Positions 36,469-49,029 of a DNA stretch of 64,000 bases are shown here, one piece after another. The translations under genes were made by a program, and so were the position numbers. This DNA is from Hemiscyllium ocellatum (taxonomy: Eukaryota). Under the pieces are notes generated by a model, which was not told where the DNA came from, did not search any database, and saw only the letters and a program-made list of their open reading frames with translations. Numbering within the stretch: position 1 is the first letter of the stretch; each line of letters opens with the position of its first letter. Location: NCBI RefSeq assembly GCF_020745735.1, contig NC_083401.1, forward strand, positions 144,085,740 to 144,149,739, written 5' to 3'.

Positions 36469-37039
36469 CTGTGCTCCATTTAACACCGTTCTGTCCATAT
36501 GACTAGTCTATTGATATCTTCCTCCTTTTATTCCATGTAAAAGATGTGACCATCCCCTGGAGCAAAATATACAGCAACTTTCTTCCACCACAATGTCGCA
36601 CAATATCTGCAGCTTGGACTCCAGCAACTCTACAGGAATGTTACAGAACCTGTGGACGCATGGTGTAAATGTGGTTGTCTGGGGCTGTCACGTATAAGAC
36701 AAATTCCTCCATGTTGCAATTGTTACACATCTCCTGACCTGCCATGTCTCTTTAGTCTTATTTATTTGATGATAGTTAATTAGTCATTAATTTAGAAACA
36801 CAAAAGTAAGCTATGGTCTATAGGCTTGGAGACAAAAGGTGAGTGTTCACTAGCTACTAATCATTAAAAACACTATTAAAAAGGCAACAGCTTCTTCCCT
36901 CTCTGCATCTCTTTTACAGCAAACTCTGTACCCTTATTCAGAGACTGACATCAAATTTATAACAGCTAACTCAGCTTCCTGCTGCTACAGTTAACACATA
37001 TTTAAGAAATCACTTTCCACTAATTGATTTGAAGACATG

Positions 37040-37832
37040 ATTCAAAAACTTGTGGAAAATCTTGGAAGCACTGTGAATTGAGAGGAGGGCAGTAGCAATA
37101 GAAAGTGCGAGAGTGTGGAGTAAGCTGCTGAAGGTCAGTGTGAAAAAGCAAACTTATGAATTTTGCTGGGATGAACATGGAAACACAATATAACCTGAAG
37201 GGCACAACTGTAAAATGAGTGCAGGAGCAAGGGGAACTGGTCGTGTATAAATCCACTGAAAGGTGATAGGGCACGTTGAGAATGTGGTTACTAAAGCATA
37301 CAGGGCTTTGTTAATAGGGGCATGAGGTACAAGAGCAAGGAGACTGAGCTCGTATAGAAAGTATTTTGGCTTCAACTAGAATATTGAGCCCAGTTCTAGG
37401 CACTGCTGTTTAGGAAGGATGTGAAGGCATTACACAGATTTCAGAAAAGAATCATAGGAATAGTTCCAGCAATGAGAAGAAGATAAGGCTGAAAGGAGAT
37501 TTGATAGAGGTATTCAAAATCATATGGAGTCTGGATTGAGTAGAGAGAGGGGAAATAGTTTCCTCTCATGAAAGGACAGGGAATGAAAGACCAAGATTTA
37601 AAGTAATTGGTAACAGAAGCAAATGAGACAGGGAGAAAAAAGCCTTTTCAGACAGTGAGTGATTAAGGTTTGGAGTATACTGCTTGAGAGTATGATGGTT
37701 CAATTGAATCGTTCGAGAGGGGAATTAACCTGTTATCACAAAATGGAAGAATGTGCAGGGGACAAGGCAGGGGAATGGCCCAAAATAAATTATAGAGCTA
37801 GCGCAGACCCAATGGCCTGAATGGTTTCTCTC
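37040..37832 (+). mobile_element. Old CR1 3' fragment
   Basis: LEY..QF..FRKDVKAL; RLKGDLIEVFKII; AATGGCCTGAATGG 3' end. Confidence 0.8.
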
Positions 37833-37834
37833 TT

Positions 37835-38000
37835 CTCGGTCATCCACATTACTTGTCAGAGCTTGCTGTATGTACATTTTCTACCATTTTTAATACATTA
37901 CAAAAGTCACTGTACTTCAGGATGGACTTCATTGGCTGCAAAGCACTTCGGCATGTCCTGTGGCTGTGAAAGTTGCTATATGAATGCACGTCTTTCTTAC
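37835..38000 (+). mobile_element. Deu-SINE/L2-type 3' tail
   Basis: ACATTACAA..ACTTCATTGGCTGCAAAGCACTT..GAAAGTTGCTATATGAATGCACGTCTTTCTT. Confidence 0.65.
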
Positions 38001-38449
38001 AACCTGGATTATTGAATCTGGGCAGAATGAATAACCATGAATAAAATCTTTGAGGCAAATCATCATGAAACTTTTATTAGCTGAAGACAAAACCTAACAT
38101 GTTCAATTTGATCATTTGTATTTTCGGGATGATATTTCCAGTACCATCCCCATTATACACCACAGAGTACTGAATTATCGCTTTCTATAATGAGGAATAT
38201 AGGAACAAGAATTAGCTAGTCTGCTTTGGATTGTGTATGATACATGTCTCACTTCTTACTTTTTCTTAATTTCTCACACTACCCTGATCGAAAAACAAAT
38301 CTATTGAAAAGATCCTATTCTGCACAGAAGTGACAAAAACAAACTTTCCACTTTCTAGAACACTCTGAATAGAACATAGAACATAGAACATAGAACAATA
38401 CAGCACAGAACAGGCTCTTCAGCCCACGATGTTGTGCCGAACATCTATC

Positions 38450-40489
38450 CTAGATTAAGCACCCATCCATGTACCTATCCAATTGCCGCTTAAAGGTCGT
38501 CAATGATTCTGACTCTACCACTCCCACGGGCAGCGCATTCCATGCCCCCACCACTCTCTCGGTAAAGAACCCACCCCTGACATCTCCCCTATACCTTCCA
38601 CCCTTCACCTTAAATTTATGTCCCCTTGTAATACTCTGTTGTACCTGGGGAAAAAGTTTCTGACTGTCTACTCTATCTATTCCTCTGATCATCTTATAAA
38701 CCTCTATCAAGTCACCCCTCATCCTTCGCCGTTCCAACGAGAAAAGGCCGAGAACTCTCAACCTGTCCTCGTACGACCTATTCTCCATTCCAGGCAACAT
38801 CCTGGTAAATCTTCTCTGCACCCTCTCCAAAGCTTCCACATCTTTCCTAAAGTGAGGCGACCAGAACTGCACACAGTACTCCAAATGTGGCCTAACCAAA
38901 GTCCTGTCCAACTGCAACATCACTTCACGACTCTCGATTTCAATCCCTCTGCTAATGAACGCTAATACACCATAGGCCTTCTTACAAGCTCTAGCCACCT
39001 GAGTGGCAACTTTCAAAGATCTATGTACATAGACCCCAAGATCCCTCTGTTCCTCCACCTGACTAAGAACTTTACCGTTAACCCTGTATTCTGCATTCTT
39101 ATTTGTTCTTCCAAAATGGACAACCTCACACTTGGCAGGGTTGAACTCCATCTGCCACTCCTCAGCCCAGCTCTGCATCATATCTAAGTCCCTTTGCAGC
39201 CGACAACAGCCCTCCTCACTGTCCACAACTCCGCCAATCTTCGTATCATCTGCAAATTTACTGACCCACCCTTCGACTCCCTCATCCAAGTCATTAATAA
39301 AAATTACAAACAGCAGAGGACCCAGAACTGATCCCTGCGGAACTCCACTTGTAACTGGGCTCCAGGCTGAATATTTACCATCTACCACCACTCTCTGACT
39401 TCGACCGGTTAGCCAGTTTTCAATCCAATTGGCCAAGTTTCCCTCTATCCCATGCCTCCTGACTTTCCGCATAAGCCTACCATGGGGAACCTTATCAAAT
39501 GCCTTACCAAAATCCATGTACACTACATCCACTGCTCTACCCTCATCCACATGCTTGGTCACCTCCTCAAAGAATTCAATAAGACTTGTAAGGCAAGACC
39601 TACCCTTGACAAATCCGTGCTGGCTGTCCCTAATCAAGCAGTGTCTTTCCAGATACTCATAAATCCTATCCCTCAGTACCCTTTCCATTACTTTGCCTAC
39701 CACAGAGGTAAGACTAACTGGCCTGTAATTCCCGGGGTTATCCCTATTCCCTTTTTTGAACAGGGGCACAACATTCGCTACTCTCCAGTCCCCTGGTACC
39801 ACCCCCGTTGACAGTGAAGACAAAAAGATCATTGCCAACGGTACTGCAATTTCCTCTCTTGCTTCCCACATAATCCTAGGGTTTATCCCGTCAGGCCCGG
39901 GGGACTTGTCTATCCTCAAGTTGTTCAAAATGTCCAACACATCTTCCTTCCTAACAAGTATCTCTTCTAGCTTACCAGTCCGTTTCACACTCTCCTCTTC
40001 AACAATACGGTCCCTCTCGTTCGTAAATACTGAAGAAAAGTACTCGTTCAAGACCTCTCCTATCTCTTCCGACCCAATACACAATCTCCCACTACTGTCC
40101 TTGATCGGACCTACCCTCGTTCTCGTCATTCTCATGTTTCTCACATACGCATAAAATGCCTTGGGGTTATCCTTGATCCTATCCGCCAAGGATTTTTCAT
40201 GCCCTCTCTTAGCTCTCCTAATCCCTTTCTTCAGGTCCCTTCTGGCTATCCTGTATCCCTCCACTGCTCTGTCTGAACCCTGTTTCCTCAACCTTATGTA
40301 AGCCTCCTTCTTTCTCTTTACTAGACATTCAACCTCTCTCGTCAACCAAGGCTCCCTCACACGACCATTTCTTTCCTGCCTGATAGGTACATACATATCA
40401 AGGACGCATTGTATCTGCTCCTTGAAAAAGTTCCACATTTCCACCACATCCTTCCCTGACAGCCTATGCTTCCAACTTATGCTCCTCAA
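38450..40489 (-). CDS. CR1 ORF2 reverse transcriptase part (679 aa open)
   Basis: KSPGPDG, NYRPVSLTS, QHGF, DFGKAFD, GVPQGSVLGP and SKFADD motifs. Confidence 0.95.
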   Translation of the reverse strand: MRSISWKHRLSGKDVVEMWNFFKEQIQCVLDMYVPIRQERNGRVREPWLTREVECLVKRKKEAYIRLRKQGSDRAVEGYRIARRDLKKGIRRAKRGHEKSLADRIKDNPKAFYAYVRNMRMTRTRVGPIKDSSGRLCIGSEEIGEVLNEYFSSVFTNERDRIVEEESVKRTGKLEEILVRKEDVLDILNNLRIDKSPGPDGINPRIMWEAREEIAVPLAMIFLSSLSTGVVPGDWRVANVVPLFKKGNRDNPGNYRPVSLTSVVGKVMERVLRDRIYEYLERHCLIRDSQHGFVKGRSCLTSLIEFFEEVTKHVDEGRAVDVVYMDFGKAFDKVPHGRLMRKVRRHGIEGNLANWIENWLTGRSQRVVVDGKYSAWSPVTSGVPQGSVLGPLLFVIFINDLDEGVEGWVSKFADDTKIGGVVDSEEGCCRLQRDLDMMQSWAEEWQMEFNPAKCEVVHFGRTNKNAEYRVNGKVLSQVEEQRDLGVYVHRSLKVATQVARACKKAYGVLAFISRGIEIESREVMLQLDRTLVRPHLEYCVQFWSPHFRKDVEALERVQRRFTRMLPGMENRSYEDRLRVLGLFSLERRRMRGDLIEVYKMIRGIDRVDSQKLFPQVQQSITRGHKFKVKGGRYRGDVRGGFFTERVVGAWNALPVGVVESESLTTFKRQLDRYMDGCLI

Positions 40490-41335
40490 ATCCTGTCTTA
40501 CAGCATCGTAATTTCCCTTCCCCCAATTGTAAAATCTACCCTGTTGTGCGCACCTCTCTCCATAACCAAGGTGAAAGTCACAGAATTGTGGTCACCATCA
40601 CCAAAATGTTCACCCACTAACAAGCCCATCACTTGTCCCGGCTCATTACCGAGTACCAAATCCAATATGGCCTCCCCTCTGGTTGGACAATCTACATACT
40701 GAGTTAGAAAAGCTTCCTGGACACACTGCACAAACACCGCCCCATCCAATCTACTTGATCTAAAGAGCTTCCAATCAATATTTGGGAAGTTGAAGTCGCC
40801 CATGACTACGACCCTGTGGCTTCTGCACCTTTCCAAAATCTGTTTCCCAATCTGTTCCTCCACATCTCTGCTGCTATTGGGGGGCCTATAGTAAACACCC
40901 AACAAGGTGACTGCACCTTTCCTATTTCTGACTTCAGCCCATACTACCTCCAAAGGCAGATCCCCCTCAAACCTCCTTTCTGCAGCCGTTATACCACTTC
41001 TAATTAGCAATGCCACCCCCTCCTTTTTTACCACCCTCCCTAATCTTACTGAAACATCTGTAACCAGGAACCTCCAACAACCATTCCTGTCCCTCATCTA
41101 TCCACGTTTCCGTGATGGCCACAACATCATAGTCCCAGGTACCGATCCATGCCTTAAGTTCACCCACCTTATTTCTGATACTTCTTGCGTTGAAGTATAC
41201 GCACTTGAGCCCATCTCTGTGTCCGCAAGTATTCCCTGTCAGTGCTACCTTCTCCACAGCCTCCCTACATTCTTGGACATCCTGAAACACAGCTAGCTTA
41301 CTTGCTGGACTACAAGTCCGGATCCCATCCCCCTG
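40490..41335 (-). pseudogene. CR1 ORF2 APE endonuclease part (frameshifts near 41015 and 40555)
   Basis: YFNARSI, ITETW, GVYYRPP, MGDFN, LDLVL and GDHN motifs spread over ORFs 41000..41290 and 40498..41097. Confidence 0.93.
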
Positions 41336-41340
41336 CCAAA

Positions 41341-41420
41341 TTAGTTTAAAGCCCCCCGAAGAGTGCTAGCAAACCTACCCCCCAGGATATTGGTGCCCTT
41401 CTGGTTCAGGTGCAACCCGT
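41341..41420 (-). pseudogene. CR1 ORF1 C-terminus (SGNH esterase-like)
   Basis: (D)GLHLNQKGTNILGGRFASTLRGALN*. Confidence 0.85.
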
Positions 41421-42231
41421 GAATTTTCTTTCAGGTTATTTGGGTTTCTCATCAGAGTTTAGTTAATTAACTTGTTTATGTTGGATTGAGTCAGGCTATC
41501 AACACTTTCAATAAGCTGCATCCCCTTTTGACTTTATTTCTTCAGCAAATATAAATTTAATCTAAAGTGTGAACTTTAAGGTCCCAATTCAACTTTGTCA
41601 GCCTTATCTTCTCAAAGTATTAATGTGGGAGGACAGGAAAGGATGAAGAGAATGATAAAGGAAATTTCTGAAAACAGGTACAGGATCACGATCACATTCA
41701 TTAACACTTGCCCATTCCTTCCAACACCATGGACAATCTGCTCAATGCGTGACTATAATGTGCAGCTCAGTGTTAAATGCGGCAATAAATGTCTCTACCA
41801 CTTAAAGCAAGCCGACTAAGAAGGATATTCATTTTGGCTGCTGTAAGTGCTGGAAACAGCCGGAGAAGACATTTTTAGAAAACAGAGTGAGTATTGGCAT
41901 TCTTGTAATGGAATGTATATAGTTACCATCACATTTAGTTAATATCACAATTTAGCAATTGGACTGAGATGCCACAGAGTGCAAGCTGCTGAAATGGGAC
42001 ATGAGGTATTTTATTGAATTTTCCATAATATCTGATTTGAAATGATTGGTAACATAATTATCAACATTTATGAACAAATGATATTTTACAAAACAATATA
42101 TGCAGAGAGAAAAATCTCCAAGGTTTGCAGATACAGCACAGGAGGCTTTTGTGTAGGAGATAGACAGGAGGAGAGATGTGGGAAGATCTCCACTCAAACT
42201 CTGAGAAAGCATTTGGAACAGATGTGGGTTT

Positions 42232-42562
42232 TTTAAATTCCGTTATGAGATGTAGGTGTCTTGAGTTGGGCCAGTATTCATTGCCTGTCCCTACTTGGCC
42301 TTAGGAAGGTGGAAGTGAACTACCTTCTTGAACTACTGCAGTCCATTTAGTGTACTTACACACAATGATGTTGGGAAGTGAATTCCAGGATATTGACCCA
42401 GTGTCAATGAAGGAACAGTGATATGATTCCAAACCAGGATAGTGAATGACTTGGAGGGGTCCTATGTATCTGCCATCTTTGTCTTTCTAGATTGAAGTGG
42501 TTCTTAGTTTGGATGATGCTGTCGAAGGAGCCTTCTTGAATTTCTGAAGTGCATCATGTAGT
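42232..42562 (-). mobile_element. LINE 3' end (same type as 10081-10370)
   Basis: CCTTCTTGAACTACTGCAGTCCAT..GGAAGTGAATTCCAGGATATTGACCCAG is the reverse complement of that tail. Confidence 0.75.
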
Positions 42563-43047
42563 AGTCTAGCCACATGGATCTGAATGCAGCTACACAAGAA
42601 TTTTAATGCCCTTCCACTTGTGGTCAAGGGAATGAATACATTGTCAAGTGACTCACCTTTGCAACTGAACCATTAGCTTCAGCCACTGCTTTATTTATCA
42701 CCATCCCCTGTCACTCCCCAACAATTGTAATGAACACAGCTAACATTCAGAGCTGTTGCTCTGAGAATTAGCACTACTGCATACTTCACAGCTTGTGCAC
42801 ACTGACCACTGTTTGAGCACAATTGGGACATTACTCACTTATGTTGCTCCACACGTACTGGCATCCATCTCTTCTTTTGATGGACAAGGTGGCACATATC
42901 CATAGACAACAGGAGCTACCCTCTGGGGGACTAGGCGTGACTGCACATCCTCATTGCCTTGAATAGGATGGCGCTTGTCATCATTACGATGGCCATGACT
43001 GAGGCCATGGCCAGGGGAGGGGGCTGCGCTGAAACACTGGAAGATAA

Positions 43048-43373
43048 TCATAGAATCATAGAAATCCTACATTGCAAAAGCAGAATCCACACTGACCCTA
43101 CAAAGCGTATCCCACCCAAACACATCCCCCTACCCTATCCCTGTAACCCTACTTTTAGCAATGGTAACCCACCTAGTCTGTACACTACAGGCAATTCAGC
43201 ATGGTCAATCCACCTAACCTGGGCATCTTTGGACTGTGAAAAGAAACTGGGACATCCAGAGGAAACCCACACAGACCCAGGGCGAATGTGCAAATTCCAC
43301 AAAGACGATCACCTGAGGGTGGAATTGAACCCGGGTTCCTGGTGCTGTGAGGCAGCAGTGCTAACCACTGAAC
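43048..43373 (-). mobile_element. HE1-type V-SINE
   Basis: Tail (ATCATAGA)n; GAGGAAACCCAC; GAATTGAACCCGG..GCAGTGCTAACCACTG. Confidence 0.92.
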
Positions 43374-43558
43374 TGTAATGATATGCACTGAGCTAATCCA
43401 CCTTCTTACATTCCACATTACAGCCATTTGGTGGCACATTGCACTATAGTGAAGCCCGAAACCCTCCCTGAGCTGGAAACTTGCTCTGCCAGTTCCAAAG
43501 AGAGACCAAAATATGTTCAGCTCTCTTGGTATCCAATCTCATGCAACACTGAAAGTAG

Positions 43559-43875
43559 AGATTAGATTAGACTTAGACTTACAGTGTGGAAACAGGCCCT
43601 TCGGCCCAACAAGTCCACACCGACCCGCCGAAGCGAAACCCACCCATACCCCTACATTACCCCTTACCTAACACTACGGGCAATTTAGCATGACCAATTC
43701 ACCTGACCCGCACATCTTTGGACTGTGGGAGGAAACCGGAGCACCCGGAGGAAACCCACGCAGACACGGGGAGAACATGCAAACTCCACACAGTCAGTCG
43801 CCTGAGTCGGGAATTGAACCCGGGTCTCTGGTGCTGTGAGGCAGCAGTGCTAACCACTGTGCCACCGTGCTGCCC
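43559..43875 (-). mobile_element. Young full-length HE1-type V-SINE
   Basis: Intact A box TGGCACAGTGG, B box GGTTCAATTCC and V domain CTCCGGTTTCCTCCCACAGTCCAAAGATGTG. (TCTAA)n tail; CpGs are retained. Confidence 0.96.
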
Positions 43876-44049
43876 ACGGTGGTGCAGCAATCAATTACTC
43901 CTGCCAGAAACCTTTCATCACTGTGCAACATTCCTACAGACCCCTCCACTCCCCGCCTCCCTTTTGCAGCTCATCCATTCCTACTCCCTCCAATGGTCGC
44001 TTCTGCTCAAAGTCTCTGATGTGGTACAGACCAAGGGAAATGTATGTCA

Positions 44050-44530
44050 CTGTATTCAGAGTATTGTATGCAATTTGATTCAATTTCCCAAAGGAAGGAT
44101 GTATTTGTTGTAAAGGGAGTGCAGGAGAGGTTCACCAGACTGATTCCTGGAATGGCAGGACAATCCAAACAGGAAAGACTCAGTAGACTGGGAATGTATT
44201 TTCTGGAGTTTAGAAGGACATGAGGATACCTAATAGAGACTTACGGCACTCTTAAAAGGACAAACTCAGAAAAGGTGGTGTTCTAGAAACCAGGAACGCT
44301 GTCTCAGAATAAGGAGCAAGCTAATTTACAGGATTGACTGAGGAGGAATTTCTACACTCAGAGAATCTTTGCTTCTCTATCTCAGAAGGGTGTGGAAGTT
44401 CAGTCACTGAGGAAATTCAAGGCAGAGATTGATCTTTTTCTAGTTACTATTGACATGATAGGATGTGGAGATAGTGCAGGAAAATGGTTCTGAAGTTAAT
44501 GATCAGCCATGGTATAGAACAGCGGAACAA
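44050..44530 (+). mobile_element. Old CR1 3' fragment
   Basis: GVQERFTRLIPGMAG..RLGMYFLEFRR motifs. Confidence 0.8.
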
Positions 44531-44715
44531 CTAAAGGCACACGTCATTTCTAATCATGACTCAGAGTGAGTGGTCTGAGCCGAATCTTTGGAGTCAGAAC
44601 AATGGTGTTCAGACTGTACCGCAGACGTAAAAAACTTCCATTCATTTTCCAAACTGTCAAACATTTCAACAAACTCAGCAACATTCAGTGGAATTTGATC
44701 TGAGAACTACAGCAT

Positions 44716-44979
44716 GTATGGTGGCTCAGTGGTTAGCTATGCTGCCTCGTAGCACTAGGGACCTGATTCAATTCCAGCTGTGGATGACTATCTATGTTCT
44801 CCCCATGTCTATGTGAGTTTCTGTTGGGTGCTCCGGTTTCCTCCCACAGTCCAATGATGTGCAAATTAGGTGAGTTGGCCATGGGAAATTTGGGGTTATG
44901 GGGATAGAGATGCAGTTTGGAGGGTTGGTGCAGACTCGTTGGGCTGAATGGCCTCAATCTGCACTGTGATGATTCTATG
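44716..44979 (+). mobile_element. HE1-type V-SINE
   Basis: GGTGGCTCAGTGGTTAGC head; GGTGCTCCGGTTTCCTCCCACAGTCC; GATTCTATG end. Confidence 0.9.
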
Positions 44980-46199
44980 CGTTCAACTGAATGTTAGCCG
45001 ATGATTCCTTTAAGTCATGGCTGGAGGGTAAAGCATCCTCCTAGTTGCATATCCAGTCTAGCAAGATTAAAGGGAAGCCAGTCGCTGGAACATTCAGGTC
45101 AAAATGACACCAAAGGCACCGAGTGTGCATTATGTGCAAACTGGCAACATGATCGAAACCAAACATCTTTCTTCACAGAAATTGCCTGTCCCTTTAAAAC
45201 AGCTAACACATCAACTGCAGCTCTTGAAGGTAGATATGGGGGCAGTTTGCCCTGAACCACATCTGGTGTTCGCATTATGGCCAGGCATCTTCCACTTCTA
45301 TGTAATTAATTCACATCAGCACATTCACATAAGGTGATGTTCAGGGTACAACCACCTGAAAAGCTGTCCAGAGAAATGCAGCTTCTGTACAAGAAGGTAA
45401 TAAATGGGTGTGAAAAATTGTCCTCCATTTCTTTCAGGTGGTATATGTTGCCAAGAAAATCATTCTCAGCATTTAAATTAGCTCTTGGCGTTTCTTCAGA
45501 GTACGTATTGACCCCTACATCTGTTACAGATTCCAAAGACAATTCGACTGGATCTGGAATTTATCCACAGTCTTTATTTGTGAAGAATTAATTTAGCACA
45601 TCTGTCATTTCCTGACCCTACATCGTATGTCTATGCAGCATATTGCCTTCCAGAGACTATTTGGTCAACTACATTCTGTCTCCTTCTTAAGACTGCAAAT
45701 ATATAGACCCCTCTTGCTGCAGACTACAATCATCCTTTCTATTATCGTCTTATTGTATGCAGCACTAATTTCATTATTTCACTGTGCATTTATTCCTCAG
45801 CGGTGTTTGGAGTATTGAAGCTCATCTAAATATTTTAATCATGAATTATTTTTACATCTCCCACTTTACACTCGGCAATAACTCCTGTTCGTGCTCAGTC
45901 AGCAGTTCCACTTGCACATGACCATTGATGAAGTGTTAGGCTGCCAATTCAATTCAATTGAATCCTAATTAGATAAGCAGGCATGATGAAGTGCATTGGG
46001 TCATCACTGGAATATTTGCTCTGTGGTGATTCACCAGTGTATCTATACATCAATTCAATGACTGACTGGGCAAATCTGGGTGCACGTGCACATTTAGAGA
46101 CACCATTTGCTGGGAAGTTCCAGTGATGTTTTGAGGAAGTCTCAAGCCAATGAAAATGACATGATCACCAACAAATCATGCAGAGTGGCTAATTCAAAG

Positions 46200-46662
46200 T
46201 ATGTTGCCAGGAACAAAGGGTTTGAGATATAGAAATCAACTCGAAAGACTGGGACCTTTTTTACTGGAATATTGAAAATTCAGAGGTGATCTTATTGAGC
46301 TTTATAAAGTCATGAGGGGTGCAGATAAGGTGAATAGCAAAGGTATTTTACTTAAGATTGGGGAGTCCAAAACTGGGAGGGGGTGTGTGTATTTTTAAGG
46401 TGAGAGGAGAAAGACTCAAAAAGGACATGAGGGGCAACTTTTTACTCATACAGTGATTCATATGCGGAATGAACTGCCAGAGAAAGTGGTGGATGCAGGT
46501 ACAGTTACAACATTTAAAAGATTTTTGGATAAGCTAATGAATAGGAAAAGTTTGGAGGGACATGGACCAAATGCAGGCAAGTGGAACCGGTTTAGTTTAG
46601 AAAAATGGTTAGCTTGGACTAATTGGACTAAAGGATCTGTTTCCATGCTGTATGACTCTATG
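46200..46662 (+). mobile_element. CR1 3' fragment
   Basis: RGDLIELYKVMRG..NELPEKVVDAGTVTTFKR; TGACTCTATG end. Confidence 0.88.
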
Positions 46663-46941
46663 GCTCAAGGAGTTAGGCAGAAAACAAAATGGTCAGAATT
46701 GTTACTTCTAGAAAGCAGTTGCACCTTATGGTATGCATGGTTTCAGTCGTTACAACAAGTTCTTTTTGCTCCAGTAGATTTTTAATTTAACACTCTGGCA
46801 TAAAGTTGCAGTTGCGAATTGCCAATGGTTAATGAATCCATCAATGAGAATGAAAATGTGGCTGTTCTGATAATAGGCTGGGAAGAGGAAAATCTATTCC
46901 ATTGTATCTTGGCGAAGTTGCAATCTTGAATTGATGCTTTT

Positions 46942-46974
46942 CTGCACTACATATGGTGTCCAACAGGTGGCATT
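46942..46974 (+). promoter_or_regulatory. Candidate CTCF site with upstream motif
   Basis: CTGCACTAC-N9-CCAACAGGTGGCA: core-like motif plus a TGCAGTAC-like module starting 17 nt before the core CC. Confidence 0.45.
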
Positions 46975-47611
46975 TTTCTCCACATCTTCACTACTCTCAG
47001 TAATATTGCAGCCATGCACTTTGTTTTATATGTATTGGGATCTAATAATATAGTTTAAGGGTGAGCTATCTGGATGATTACTTTGAAACCTAATGAAAAA
47101 TACACTTATGAGTGGAAATAACTCTGAAACTACTTGTTACACAAATTATTGCATTGATAATGAACATGCTAATAGTACTAAACTTGCACAATGCTGGGGT
47201 ACTATAAATTATTAAGTCATTCATATATTTCCATGATCCTTCAGTAGATGAATTAAAAGGGTATATGTTTTCACTGACTATACTTGGAGCTGCCATGTCA
47301 TGTTGCAGCTACCAATAGGAATAACAAAATGCATCACAGATATACTTTCACAATTAGTGTCCAATTACATGTTAAGTTGCACAAGCATAAATTGTCCAGG
47401 CAACTGAAACAGGAGTTATTTTAAATAAGCCATTAAATGCATTATCTGAATTCTAGTTAAGACTTCAATTGCTATCCATATAAAATTATCCATTCTTAAG
47501 CATGAAAAAATATTTATATTCTAGAATATATGCTTAGCACTGTTCATTACTATTCAAAAAATGTCTAGATTTAGAAGTTCTCTCCACACTGCAGTATTCC
47601 TGAAAAATTTA

Positions 47612-47654
47612 AAAATGGCCGCAACAAAAGACATAGTCAGGAGATGGCGCTAGA
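47612..47654 (+). promoter_or_regulatory. Candidate YY1 and CTCF motifs
   Basis: AAAATGGCCGC (47612-47622) and TCAGGAGATGGCGCTA (47637-47652), with CpGs retained in AT-rich unique DNA. Confidence 0.5.
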
Positions 47655-47977
47655 TACTCAAAACAGTTATAGCCGTCAAGAAAGTTGTTCAGCAGATTAG
47701 TTTACAGTAGTGTGTATTAAAAATGAAAATATTTTCATCGTAGTATGATTACAGTACATTTGCACTGTAAAATATTTGTATATGTATTGTATAAGCACAT
47801 TTTTGTTGGGTGCAAAAATGGCACAATGTATATTACACACGTAAATACAAGCTGTTTAAAATGGTGCATTTAGGCTCATGGGATCATAAACAAGTATTTT
47901 TAAGATGTGAAAGTACCTCTTTAATTTTAAGATTTTCATAACACTATTTTTAGTAATACGTATCTTTTTTATTCCAA

Positions 47978-48200
47978 ATCAAAAACAGAAATTGCTGGAG
48001 AAACTCAGCAATTATGGCAGCATCTGTGAAGACAAAGCAGTGTTAATGATTTGGGTCCAGAGACCCTTGTTTAGAACAGTTACTGGGCCTGAAATGTTAA
48101 CTCTGTTTTCTCTCCCCACAGATGCTGCCAGACTTGCTGAGTTTCTCCAACTATTTCAGTTTTTGTTTCTGATTTCCAGTATCTGCAGTTCTTTGTTTTA
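47978..48200. mobile_element. PLE fold-back (family C)
   Basis: AAAAACAGAAATTGCTGGAGAAACTCAGCAA..GGCAGCATCTGTG pairs with CACAGATGCTGCC..TTGCTGAGTTTCTCCA. Partial ribozyme halves lie at the centre. Confidence 0.82.
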
Positions 48201-48527
48201 GTTTTAGTTTTTAAAATAAAATTTCTATTCCACCTTCTCCAGTTCTTAAAACCTATTTCAGATTGTTCAGATTTGACATGAACTTAATTGTGAAAAGATT
48301 CAATGTGTTATTAAAGACATTAAGCAATTTTTCCTCACTTCTTGGCATTTAAATCTCTACAATCTTAATTTTCAATGATGTTCCCATGATATTCACTCCA
48401 ACATTGAATGACCAATTACAGTGGCAAATAGGCCTGAAATTCAAGATGGAGAATTGTCCCACAGATCCATCCAGCATAGATACTATTACAAGGACTAGTG
48501 CTTGTATTGGTGATCTTGATTCAAAAG

Positions 48528-48755
48528 ACCATAAGAAATAGGAGCAGAATTAGACCATTTGGCCCATCAAGTCTGCTCTGCCATTCAATCATGGCGGATA
48601 TGTTTCTCAATCCCATTCTTCTGCTTTCTCCCTGTAAGATTTGATCCTCTTAGCAATCAAGAACCTATCTATCTCTGGCTTAAATATATTCAATGACTTG
48701 ACCTCCACAGTCCTCTATGGAACTGAGTTCCACAGATTCACCAACCTCTGGTTAA
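48528..48755 (-). mobile_element. CR1 3' fragment
   Basis: CATAAGAAATAGGAGCAG..GGCCCATC..CCATTCAATCATGG, similar to 35320-35540. Confidence 0.88.
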
Positions 48756-49029
48756 GAAAAGGCCATTTAGCTCAAAACGTTTGTCTTTTACAGATCAAGT
48801 TTATCTACATAGCTTTATACTTTAACCATAAATCCTGCTTTTTCCCTTTCAACTGATTTACATTGACTGGTTAAATAAACTTCTTTCAAAGTGTATCATT
48901 TCTATAACATCAAGCACAATAAACTGTTTTATCCAACTTGCTTTTATTTGTAGCTTCATTATTTTTAACTGATGCTTCTGGCCTTTGGAGTTTGCTCTGT
49001 AAAAACTAGCTTGTTTGGATCAATCACAA

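Larger units (their letters stand above)
34765..36750 (-). mobile_element. Old CR1 5'/ORF1 region, interrupted by younger insertions
   Basis: Minus strand ATG at 36745 reads MAGQEMCNNCNMEE, like the CR1 ORF1 N-terminal Cys motif. 34842..35066 resembles the esterase region. Confidence 0.55.
38369..41420 (-). mobile_element. Young CR1 LINE, 5'-truncated within ORF1
   Basis: Contains the ORF1 end, a full-length ORF2 with two frameshifts, a 3' UTR and a (GTTCTAT)4 tail at 38369-38396. Possible 5-bp TSD TGAAT (38366-38370 and 41420-41424). Confidence 0.98.

Noticed and set aside
38469-41296. Several + strand ORFs of 60-130 aa
   Set aside because: They are antisense shadows of CR1 ORF2.
43805-43875. 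tRNA gene
   Set aside because: The A/B boxes are the head of an HE1 SINE. The same applies to the other SINE heads.
45001-45591. Cluster of overlapping short ORFs, possibly an exon or transposase relic
   Set aside because: No recognisable motif or convincing splice-site pair.
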